64,000 nucleotides of DNA from Macrostomum lignano. Taxonomy: Eukaryota. The stretch spans positions 80,679 to 144,678 of the forward strand of contig NIVC01002735.1 in the NCBI GenBank assembly GCA_002269645.1, given 5' to 3'. The notes below the pieces were generated by a model. That model made no database searches, was not told where the DNA came from, and saw only the letters and a list, made by a program, of their open reading frames with translations. Shown here in pieces: positions 24,781 through 36,281 of the stretch. The position numbers were made by a program, and so were the translations under genes. Positions within the stretch are counted from its first letter, which is position 1, and every line of letters begins with the position of its first letter.

Positions 24781-25414
24781 TCTGCTGCTTAGAGCTTTGA
24801 TTTATAATACCTAACCCGAAATACCTGAAGTAAAGGCGAACCCAAATTATACGATCCGAAATTCGTTGGCTAAGTTTTGTTTTTTGCTGCTCAGGATACA
24901 CAGCCTGTCACAATGTATTCTAGCTATTAGATTATTATCCGTCTTCGTGGCTTTAATAAGATAAATATTACGACTATTTTGACAAATTTAGTTTTAATTA
25001 GAGCTAGTTTATAATTAACCCTTTTACTGCGCCATGGCATCTTTTCAAAATATGTACACAGAATTATTTGGTACCTTTTTAATGAGTGTGTGCTTCGACA
25101 GCTTTGTTAATTTGTTAATGTGTAAGATGTGTATATAGTGCTAATTCAAATTATTTAATTGGAGCTCTTAATGGCCAATAGCCGCTTTACAACTTAATAA
25201 GCGTTTTACTCTGCCACTTCTCAATTTACTTAGCTCGCACCATTCACCCCGAGTCCCCAAACTGTTTGCAGACTAAACAACTTCAACTTGTAGGCCATAA
25301 AACTTGAGAGAGTCGGGAGCTGGCGTAGCGGGTTGGAGTGGGTGTGAAAAAACCAGCCCTTTACAGCTTAGCCAATGAGCGCTCAGCGGAGTGAGGTGGG
25401 CGCGTTGGGTGAGG

Positions 25415-25420
25415 AATAAA
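25415..25420 (+). terminator. Candidate poly(A) signal of right NFI copy (mirror near 7977-7982 on the minus strand)
   Basis: First AATAAA on the sense strand after the stop codon; it sits in an A-run, so it is ambiguous. Confidence 0.35.
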
Positions 25421-26879
25421 AAAAACAAATAGCACAATCTGGTGTTAAATCTTGTGGTTAATTTATTCTAGCATACGATTTTCGTATAATAATAATGTAA
25501 AATATTCTGTCCCTAATTTTTAAGCCCTTTGCTAATTCGTAATTCTTCTGTTAAGTCCCTTCTGACATCAAATGTTATTTACGTTATTTTACTACTTATA
25601 GTAGCGTTGCAGCTATTTAAGAAGTAAGTAGTACGAGCTCTGTTTGAAATACGATTAATCTTGTTTTTGCTAGGTTTTAATACTTTATTGCTGTAATATT
25701 TCTAATGACTTATCAGTAAGTTTCCGAAACGTTTATTAGATTGTTTTTTGTAGGCTGTCGCAATGCTTAAATGGCATTATCATGTTTCGCAGTACATTAC
25801 ACAGCGTAATTAGAATGCTATCTCTAAATGCATCGTTGTCCCGTATTTAAATAGGTAATGCTTTTGATAAAGTTTGTCTATTGTTTGACATTTTATACTG
25901 ATCGTTTGAGCGACTTTATTCACAACTTTAATCCGATGATGCGAGACTATCGGTGGATAAGTAGTATATTAATGAAAAGTAGTATCAATGAGTATTTGTG
26001 TTCCGACAATCTGCTCAGATTTTTTGAGTTCATTTTTAGGAGTTATTAAATCACAGAGAAAAGGTGTTTTACTTCCCGACCGCTTTCCCCTTTGCTGGCA
26101 GCGCATGCGACACCTGCTACAGTGAGATGCTGTTTTTACATGCCTATAGTTTTTGCTCTTCTTTTTAATTATTGCTTTGCCAATGCGACATGCGCTTTGA
26201 GGGCGAGTGTACACCGACTGGAGGCTGCAAGGCTTGCAGAAATCCCTCCGCCCTGCATCGCCTGTCCCAGCGGCCGCTTCCCCGCGTGCAGCTGGCCGCG
26301 GGCAACTCATGGCATCCCGATGTGGCGTCCGGATCATTCGATGGCATTTTTGCGAGAATTTTCCGCCTCCCCTGATTCCCCTAAGCTGCTTTCTGCGCTG
26401 CTTCTCTCGGCACAAGCGTTGTTGACCCTGTCTTCATGATTTACTCTTCAGAACCTTGTGCTGTACGAACATCATTCGATGTGACTTTTCAGTTTGATAA
26501 AGACTGGATTAAGTGAAATATGGCTAAAGTCAAGAAGCCATGTACTTCAGTGAGCCTGAGCCCAGAATATCCCGCAAACGATTCTCGTCTAAATTAATTT
26601 TTTAACCTGTGTTTTCCCCTATCTTCCCAATTGCAAGCAGGTCATGATGATCATGTAAAGTAAGTTTTCTGTTGTAAAAAATGGCCATTTTAGTTCGGTA
26701 GTATTTCATTCAAACAAAAACAGAAAAAGCTGCGTCAATTCATTGAGTTATTTAATACGATCGAAGAATGAGCTGTTCGACTCATTTTTTTGTTCCATGC
26801 AAGCTTGATGGGCTCTTTGAAACCACGGCCGGATGCTGTCTGTGTATAACAGTAGCAATTCGAATTTGAATGCTCAGAG

Positions 26880-28428
26880 CCCACCCCATCAACCCACCAT
26901 CTGACCCCACACCCCAGCACTCAGCCCTCCCCACCAACCCCACCATCTGACCCCACACCCCAGCACTCAGCCCTCCCCATCAACCCACCATCTGACCCCA
27001 CACCCCAGCACTCAGCCCTCCCCATCAACCCACCATCTGACCCCACACCCCAGCATTCAGCCCTCCCCATCAACCCACCATCTGACCCCACACCCCAGCA
27101 CTCAGCCCTCCCACCAACCCACCATCTGACCCCACACCCCAGCATTCAGCCCTCCCCATCAACCCACCATCTGACCCCACACCCCAGCACTCAGCCCTCC
27201 CCATCAACCCACCATCTGACCCCACACCCCAGCATTCAGCCCTCCCCATCAACCCACCATCTGACCCCACACCCAGCACTCAGCCCTCCCCATCAACCCA
27301 CCATCTGACCCCACACCCCAGCACTCAGCCCTCCCCACCAACCCACCATCTGACCCCACACCCCAGCATTCAGCCCTCCCCATCAACCCACCATCTGACC
27401 CCACACCCCAGCATTCAGCCCTCCCCACCAACCCACCATCTGACCCACACCCCAGCATTCAGCCCTCCCCATCAACCCACCATCTGACCCCACACCCCAG
27501 CACTCAGCCCTCCCCACCAACCCACCATCTGACCCCACACCCCAGCACTCAGCCCTCCCCCACCATCTGACCCCACACCCAGCACTCAGCCCTCCCCATC
27601 AACCCACCATCTGACCCCACACCCCAGCACTCAGCCCTCCCCACCAACCCACCATCTGACCCCACACCCAGCACTCAGCCCTCCCCATCAACCCACCATC
27701 TGACCCCACACCCCAGCATTCAGCCCTCCCCACCAACCCACCATCTGACCCCACACCCCAGCATTCAGCCCTCCCCATCAACCCACCATCTGACCCCACA
27801 CCCCAGCACTCAGCCCTCCCCACCAACCCCACCATCTGACCCCACACTCCAGCATCCAGCCCTCCCCACCAACCCCACCACCATCTGACCGCACACACCC
27901 AGCATTCAGCCCTCCCCACCAACCCCACCACCATCTGACCCCACACCCAGCACTCAGCCCTCCCCACCAACCCCACCACCATCTGACCCCACACCCAGCA
28001 TTCAGCCCTCCCACCAACCCCACCACCATCTGACCCCACACCCAGCACTCAGCCCTCCCACCAACCCCACCACCATCTGACCCCACACACTCCAGCATCC
28101 AGCCCTCCCCACCAACCCCACCACCATCTGATCGCACACACCCAGCATTCAGCCCTCCCCACCAACCCCACCACCATCTGACCCCACACCCAGCACTCAG
28201 CCCTCCCCACCAACCCCACCACCATCTGACCCCACACCCCAGCATTCAGCCCTCCCCACCAACCCCACCACCATCTGACCCCACACCCAGCACTCAGCCC
28301 TCCCCACCAACCTCACCATCTGACCCCACACCCAGCACTCAGCCCTCCCCACCAACCCCACCATCTGACCCCACACCCAGCACTCAGCCCTCCCCACCAA
28401 CCCCACCATCTGACCCCACACCCCAGCA
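26880..28428 (-). repeat. Right-arm copy of the 45-bp G-rich minisatellite (longer, about 1.55 kb)
   Basis: Mirror of 5516-6478 with more units and a different mix of variants. Confidence 0.95.
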
Positions 28429-29580
28429 CACAGTCCTAGCTGTGCCGATTACAAAACCGATTTACAGCACTCTGAAATATATTTTCACCTTATTCATATA
28501 TATTGAAGCACTGAGCTTAAACTGTTCAGATAAGTGCAGTAGAATGAGTCTTGAACTTTAAGGTACACCGGAAATCCCTTTTTCCTCCACTATTTTGTTC
28601 GACTTTACTGCTCAGGCTGAAGTCTGGAGTCACTTTTTGAAGCTTTGTTTGCAAAAATATGCTTATATTTTGTCAATGAGCTTGTCATGTGATATAAATA
28701 TTTCAAATACGTTTTAGATCGATTGATTATTATTTTTATCTCTATTTTTGTCGACTTTTTTTCCAGACGAATATTGCAAAGCTTTTATTCTTGGCAATTT
28801 TTAAACATTGCATCAATACACGATTGACAATTCCGGGCAATATTTGTCTGGTAATCAAAACTTGTACTTTTGTGTGTTGCAATAAAACCCACTGGCTGTC
28901 AAGTATCTTGAATCATTTCAATCAAATTTGCTACATTTTGACGTGTGGGAAATTAACCTTTGAGCAGTGAATTGAGCAGGTTTGCTGTACTTTCTTGCTC
29001 CTCTCCCAGTAAAGCTGTGCAATTTGATGCATTCAATTGAGCATAGCTTTGTCGCAAGGGGCTCAGAATCTTAAATTGTTGGTACAATTTCCCCCAAAGT
29101 TTGATAGCTACTCAAGTAGGGAAACTATATACGTCTCTTGGAACATTTTAGGAGGCAGCTTTTACAGAAAAAAATACTTAAGGGAGATGGGGGTTTTCAT
29201 TATTTTAGCACAAAAATTGTTACTGCCTTTGATAGGAGGCTGACCCAATGTTCATCTTTTGATGACTTGCTTTTCTTATATCTCATTTTTTGTAGACTCT
29301 TTGGAATCACATTCTGTGTGAATCATATCCGATGATTGGACTAAAAAACAAAAGATTAGGATAAACGAGCGTAAAACAAAAAACACAGTACTACTAACTA
29401 ATAGTAGTAAATGAGTATCTACTTCTAAAAAACTAAGTTAGTAAAACAAAATTAAGAAAAAATTTCAACTCTTTCTATAATGCCAATGAGACTTACATCA
29501 GGCTTTGGATATATGCAAATTTGCTCAACTTTTAGACTGCGGCAAACTTCTGGCTTCATATTCTTTTTTTCAAGCTTGGT

Positions 29581-30745
29581 ATTGGGGTTCCGATGATGAG
29601 ATTGGAAATCTGATGGTGAGATTGGAGATCTGATGGTGAGATTAGGAATCGGATGGTGAGATTGGAAATCTGATGGTGAGATTGGAGATCTGATGGTGAG
29701 ATTAGGAATCGGATGGTGAGATTGGAAATCTGATGGTGAGATTGGAAATCTGATGGTGAGATTAGGAATCGGATGGTGAGATTGGAGATCTGATGGTGAG
29801 ATTAGGAATCGGATGGTGAGATTGGAAATCTGATGGTGAGATTGGAGATCTGATGGTGAGATTAGGAATCGGATGGTCAGATTGGAAATCTGATGGTGAG
29901 ATTGGAAATCTGATGGTGAGATTAGGAATCGGATGGTGAGATTGGAGATCTGATGGTGAGATTAGGAATCGGATGGTGAGATTGGAAATCTGATGGTGAG
30001 ATTGGAAATCTGATGGTGAGATTAGGAATCGGATGGTGAGATTGGGGATCTGATAGTGAGATTGGGGATCTGATAGTGAGATTGGGGATCTGATAGTGAG
30101 ATTGGGGATCTGATGATAAAGATTGGAGATCTGATGGGGAGATTGGAGATCTGATTGTGAGATTGGGGATCTGATGGTAAAGATTGGAGATCTGATGGGG
30201 AGATTGGAGATCTGATTGTGAGATTGGGGATCTGATGGTGAGATTGGGGATCTGATAGTGAAATTGGAGATCTGATTGTGAGATTGGAGATCTGATGGTG
30301 AAATTGGGTATCTGATGGTGAGATTAAGAATCGGATGGTGAGATTGGAGATCTGATGGTAAAGATTGGAGATCTGATGGGGAGATTGGAGATCTGATTGT
30401 GAGATTGGAGATCTGATGGTGAGATTGGGGATCTGATAGTGAAATTGGGGATCTGATGGGGCGATTGGGGATCTGATAGTGAAATTGGAGATCTGATTGT
30501 GAGATTAGAGATCTGATGGTGAAATTGGGGATCTGATGGTGAGATTAAGAATCGGATGGTGAGATTGGAGATCTGAAGGTGAGATTGGAGATCTGATGCT
30601 GAGATTGGAGATCTGATGCTGAGATTGGAGATCTGATGGGAGATTAGGAATCGGATGGTGAGATTGGAGATCTGATGGTGATATTGGGGATCTGATGGTG
30701 AGATTAGAGACCTGGTGGTGAGATTAGAGACCTGATAGGAAGATC
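29581..30745. repeat. Right-arm copy of the 20-bp satellite (TGATGGTGAGATTGGAGATC)n, decaying outward
   Basis: Reverse complement of the 1-4347 unit with the same inner junction (CAAGCTT..ATTGGGGTTCCGATG); degenerates into unique DNA near 30745. Confidence 0.97.
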
Positions 30746-31556
30746 GGGGATCTGCTGGATTGCCAGATTTACTTTCTATGAAATGGTCAGGCACTGTAAT
30801 GAATGTGACTGGCGCCAATTTCCAGTCACAGGCCCCGCACTTACAAACAACCTCTTCTCTGAGAGGGGACGCCGAAGCGAGATAGGGTGAAGCCTCTTTA
30901 TAGGAGCTAAAAGTGGCCGGAACGGTTTGGCCGGGGCGGAAGATGTTAAGCTGGAGAGCGCTGCTCTATAGTAAGGCCATGGCAAAGCATTTGGCTCAGA
31001 GGAAGCAAGGCTGAGTTGCCTGAGCTGTCACAGTTTGGGCCTCAAGTGGCCCTCTGTAACCTCGCAAAGGTTTTTCTATGGGCAAGTACAGACCGCCGAC
31101 AGCTCCAGCCTTCCTGAGCTGGAAACTTGCTGCCGCAAGTAAACTGCGTCGCTTGATCAGAAAAAAACGGAGGGAAGTTACTTTACCGATTCTCCTTCCC
31201 TCCCGCGCTGTCCTTGTATCACCGCCGGCTCAAAGCCTTCCTCAGCGGGACGATTTCGGGTGAACTGAGTCACGGCACAGCGCAGTGGCACACTGCTCAA
31301 GCAATCCTAAGTCCTCCAGTCCCCTCCAGTCCCTGTCCCCCGATCTGCTCTCCCCTCCTGGCCCCGGGCGAGTGCCTCCAATAGGATCATCAGAGCCGGG
31401 TTGGCAAATTGAGATGCCATTTTACTCAATTCCAAGCTCATTTTGATTTGGAGCTCCCAGTCCTGGCGGCTCGTCTCCCTCTCCTAATTCTTCTTCGGTA
31501 ATCCCAGATTAGAGTCCACATTAGACCAGCTCTTATTGAATGTAGCATCTTCGTCT

Positions 31557-32144
31557 ATGTCATTCCCGCCTGAACTCTTGGCGACGACGGCCCTCCCGCC
31601 AACGAAGCTGTCATCAGCCGGTGTGGCCCCGTCAGCTCGTATCGCAGTGATATCCACAGCCGTGGCCGTGTCGGTCCTGGCCAGCTTATTGTTCACTGTC
31701 TGCGTGCTGAAGGCCGTTATTCAGACTCGACGAAGCGACAGTGACGATGACGAAGAATCTGACGCCGGTGTCCGCAGTCAGTGCTGCCGCTGCTGCTGTC
31801 CAAGGAGAACCGGCGGGAGCAGTCTTGATTGCAGCGACTGCGAAGCCGCATTGGAAGCGCCGACCGAACCGATCCTGCGGCAGGCGTCCTCAACTCTGCT
31901 GATTCCCTGCACGGAGGACCTGGTCGTGTCGAACTGGCGATGCGGACTGTCAGCAAGGGAAGCGTCCAGCACAACAGCGGCTGCGAGCTTCCTGTTGGTG
32001 CGGCAGGAGAGTGTGGACTGCGTGGCTGCGTCGGACGACGCCGGAGCTGCAGCGGCAGTGTCGCAAAGGTGGCGCAGCGGTCGTCGACCTGCAGGGGCTC
32101 ATCAGCATGCTCAGCAGACGATAAAACGAGAATTCTTTGTTTAG
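31557..32144 (+). CDS. Putative single-pass membrane protein (orphan or terminal exon)
   Basis: Open frame with an S/T/P-rich stalk, hydrophobic IAVISTAVAVSVLASLLFTVCVL, acidic patch and CCRCCCP cluster; GC-rich island; acceptor-like TGTAG upstream. Confidence 0.45.
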   Translation: MSFPPELLATTALPPTKLSSAGVAPSARIAVISTAVAVSVLASLLFTVCVLKAVIQTRRSDSDDDEESDAGVRSQCCRCCCPRRTGGSSLDCSDCEAALEAPTEPILRQASSTLLIPCTEDLVVSNWRCGLSAREASSTTAAASFLLVRQESVDCVAASDDAGAAAAVSQRWRSGRRPAGAHQHAQQTIKREFFV

Positions 32145-34118
32145 TTTCGTAAAAGTACTGGACCGTACAGCATTGTTTTCGACAAGGAGTACCGTACTAC
32201 CTACTATATGTATATTGTACAGCGTACTTGCTTGTGCATGTACATTTGCAATGTAAATGTAAAGCTACTTTTATCACGGCCATGCATTGAGAAACAATGC
32301 ATCTACCGAACCAAGAAACACTGTATTTCTCACCTTTAACCCACTATATTTACCCACTGTCATTTCCCTGTTTGCATGCGTGCATAGCTATGTACAGTTA
32401 CTGCGGATTTACTGGAATCATGCTCAACAAATCATGGTCCTACATGTACATGTACAGTGTAATTGTTGCAGGAATTCGGGATCTCACGGAACCTGGTTTT
32501 TACTATTTAATTAGACTAAAAATCATTCAGTAATCGAAAATTTCTTACATCTGACCTGGTAATGCCTATATTATCTGTACTTAATTTATAGTCAAGTAGT
32601 TCAGTGACAGACAAACTGTAAATGTATATTGCACGTTTATACATGTAGTAGAATCAGCTATAAGTACTTATTGCATAACTTTATCTAAAACTTGATCCTC
32701 AATGCTAATGTTCTTTAATTACAGAACTCTTATTCCCCTTTTTGCTTGACTCCGAGATCACATACGAGCGTAAAATCGTCCCAACTACTCACATTAGTCC
32801 ACATTACTCACTTCTAGACGTAAATGTGCGCGCATACACCAGAATGTTAGATTTCTTTTCTTAGTTTTAATATCATAAATTTTATCTGTAATAATATTAA
32901 TATCCTCAACCAAAGAATAGATAAAGAATATTATTTATCTTTAATAATGAATAATATACACCAATGCTGATTTGTTTAAAGCTGCGCACTTAAATACCAT
33001 GGATACCAAACAGCTATTTTAACGTATAAAATTCATAACTTTTAACACCACGTGTCGTAACCCATATACTAAAATTAGCTATCTAAAACTCGTGAATAGA
33101 GCAAAGAATTAAAATAATATAATTTATACAAGACAGAAGCATGATCCACTACACATTGATTCTATTGGTTTGATTTTTATTCTATTTAAGGATGATACAT
33201 ATATTTGCAACAATGCTTAAAACGATGGACCGGACTGAAACACTCGGAAAGGCCGAAAAATCCTTAAAACGAGAAAGTCTAAGCTAAGTGATCAGTGTTT
33301 CAGTGACTAGCGAGATTGCAAGAAGTTTTGATTTTAACTAAAATGCCAGTATTTAATGGAGTTCTTTTCAGAAAATTATAGCCACATTGGCACAATATTT
33401 CATTGTCAAATATTTGAGTGAATCTCTGGTATAATAAAATATACTCATATTCTCGTTTTCAATACTTCTCCCTTTATCAATTTACTCTGGATAAATATTC
33501 ACTCACAAATAGAGATTTGTAGAGATCTTCTTAGGGACTGTCAAACAGGCAATATACCAACCAATAAAAATCTAATCAGATAAATTGTTAGCCAAACTTA
33601 AATCTAATGCATTTCATATTTATACTTGTTTATTTATTTACAAAGGAAATTTATCTGGACTTTTACAACGGAATTTCAAACAAAATTGAACAGATATTGT
33701 TCTTTTACTGAATTAGTGTTCAATTTTACCCATTTATTAATAATAATTTATTAACTAATTTATTAATAATGATTAGTTTGTATTTTGATGAAGTCTTTTA
33801 TAAAATTACAATCATCCAAGCTAACAAGCTTTATATTTTGCACAGGGTGGACCGCTTATTACATATGAACCAATGATGGGTAAAAATAATCCAAATAACC
33901 ACCTGAGTTGCAGAGTTTTCTGAAACGAAAATAGACTTTTTGCATCTACGTTTTTATCACATTGACTATCATTAATGATTTGCATGTAGAAAAATGAATT
34001 CGAGATAAAGACAATGGTAGACTAACCATTTGATGCATGTATTGAGCTGGACTTAAAAATATTGAGTAGGATTTTTGTTACCATGCGGTCCGCAAACTGG
34101 CTCAGTTGCAGCCCCGCC

Positions 34119-34670
34119 ATGCCCAACGTAAAGCTGCTCAGCAGCGACAATGAGATCATCGAGCTGGACTCGGACGCTCTGCGGCTCTCCGAGCGACTCC
34201 GCCGGCTGGCCGACTACCCCGGCGGCGACGGCCACGAGATCCCCGTGCCGAACGTCACCTCGGCGACGCTACGTCGCGTGGCCACCTGGTGCGCGCACCA
34301 TCGGGACGACCCGGCGCCGCCCGAGGACGACGAGAACCGCCTGCAGCTCGGCAGCGTCGCTAGCGGCGTCTACGGCGGTGGCAGGGGCGGCGCGGTCTTC
34401 AGCGTGTGGGACAGCGAGTTCCTCAACCTGGAGCCCGTCTGCCTGTTCGAGCTGCTGCAGGCCGCCGCCTACCTGGACGTCCGCGGCCTCGTTGACGCCT
34501 GCTGTCTGGCCGTTGCCGATATGATCCGCGGCCGCGGCCCGGAAGACATTCGCAAAACCTTCAACATCAAGTGCGACCTGACGCCGCAGGAGGAGGAGCA
34601 GGTCAGGCAGGAGCTCGCCTGGTGCCACGACCCGCCGGAGGAGAAAAGCTCTGACTCACTGCCTGACTGA
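34119..34670 (+). CDS. SKP1: SKP1-like SCF adaptor, intronless
   Basis: MPNVKLLSSDNEII...IPVPNVTSATLRRVATWCAHHRDD...VWDSEFL...LFELLQAAAYLDVRGLVDACCLAVADMIRGRGPEDIRKTFNIKCDLTPQEEEQVRQELAWC covers the Skp1 POZ and dimerisation domains; Kozak-like CCCGCCATG. Confidence 0.93.
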   Translation: MPNVKLLSSDNEIIELDSDALRLSERLRRLADYPGGDGHEIPVPNVTSATLRRVATWCAHHRDDPAPPEDDENRLQLGSVASGVYGGGRGGAVFSVWDSEFLNLEPVCLFELLQAAAYLDVRGLVDACCLAVADMIRGRGPEDIRKTFNIKCDLTPQEEEQVRQELAWCHDPPEEKSSDSLPD

Positions 34671-34896
34671 CTGACTGACTGACTGACTGACTGACTGACT
34701 GACTGACTGACTGACTGACTGACTGACTGACTGACTGACTGACTGACTGACTGACTGACTGACTGACTGACTGACTGACTGACTGACTGACTGACTGACT
34801 GACTGACTGACTGACTGACTGACTGACTGACTGACTGACTGACTGACTGACTGACTGACTGACTGACTGACTGACTGACTGACTGACTGACTGACT
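34663..34896. repeat. (GACT)n microsatellite, about 58 units
   Basis: Perfect tetranucleotide run starting inside the SKP1 stop region. Confidence 0.99.
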
Positions 34897-35140
34897 ATCA
34901 ACTCGTTTATTGAGGTATAATTCGCTGTTCTTGCCACAAGCACTTTTTCCATGTTGTTTCTTTTTACTGCGCTGGCCGCACTTGATTATGTAATCAATAT
35001 AACTCCCAGCCAACATTACAAAGCTAACTTTTCTTCTCCAGTATTTTAAAGTAGCTTAAAAAATTGCTATAATTGCCATTGACAATTCACTGCTGTTGTG
35101 CAGCCAGCGTTTGTAGTTACCTTGTAATTTTTTTGGCTTT

Positions 35141-35910
35141 TTGCATTGCTATCGGTATTGCATTGCTATCGGTATTGCATTGCTATCGGTATTGCATTGC
35201 TATCGGTATTGCATTGCTATCGGTATTGCATTGCCATCGGTATTGCATTGCTATCGGTATTGCATTGCCATCGGTATTGCATTGCTATCGGTATTGCATT
35301 GCTATCGGTATTGCATTGCTATCGGTATTGCATTGCTATCGGTATTGCATTGCTATCGGTATTGCATTGCTATCGGTATTGAATTGCCATCGGTATTGCA
35401 TTGCTATCGGTATTGCATTGCCATCGGTATTGCATTGCTATCGGTATTGCATTGCCATCGGTATTGCATTGCTATCGGTATTGCATTGCTATCGGTATTG
35501 CATTGCTATCGGTATTGCATTGCTATCGGTATTGCATTGCTATCGGTATTGCATTGCTATCGGTATTGCATTGCTATCGGTATTGCATTGCCATCGGTAT
35601 TGCATTGCTATCGGTATTGCATTGCCATCGGTATTGCATTGCTATCGGTATTGCATTGCCATCGGTATTGCATTGCTATCGGTATTGCATTGCTATCGGT
35701 ATTGCATTGCCATCGGTATTGCATTGCTATCGGTATTGCATTGCCATCGGTATTGCATTGCTATCGGTATTGCATTGCTATCGGTATTGCATTGCTATCG
35801 GTATTGCATTGCTATCGGTATTGCATTGCTATCGGTATTGCATTGCTATCGGTATTGCATTGCTATCGGTATTGCATTGCTATCGGTATTGCATTGCTAT
35901 CAGTATTGCA
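35141..35910. repeat. 17-bp minisatellite (ATTGCATTGCTATCGGT)n
   Basis: 17-aa cyclic translation in every frame; T/C variant GCCATC. Confidence 0.97.
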
Positions 35911-36281
35911 TATTGTCGGCTCTGAACTACTGAGAGAAGTGAATAAAATTCACTTTGACACAGACTGCGAACTTAATCAATGAAATCAATGAAATCAAGG
36001 ATTGTGTGTCTTTCGGGCTGTACACTTATTTCGCCAGCAAACGGCTCTTGCTTAAACGAGTTCGTTAGTAATTACTTAGTAGTACCTGGAGCCTTGCTAG
36101 ACATGCCCAACTTAAAGGTCTTCTTTGCTCATCTGACACGTATACATTGAAATTTTGTTTCAATTTCAATGTATCTTTTATTTCTGTAAATGCCACTTGC
36201 GATCAAGTCAGTTCGAGCTTCACACACGGAAACAGCAGCTCTTCAGAGATAATGAAACATATTGCCATTTACTCACAGCCA

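Larger units (their letters stand above)
18695..30745. repeat. Right arm of giant inverted repeat
   Basis: Mirror of 1-14700, including the 27-bp, 45-bp and 20-bp arrays in inverted order and orientation. Confidence 0.97.

Noticed and set aside
1-30745. Endogenous virus or Polinton with long terminal inverted repeats
   Set aside because: No polymerase, capsid, ATPase or integrase; the arms contain a spliced host gene and make up almost the whole element.
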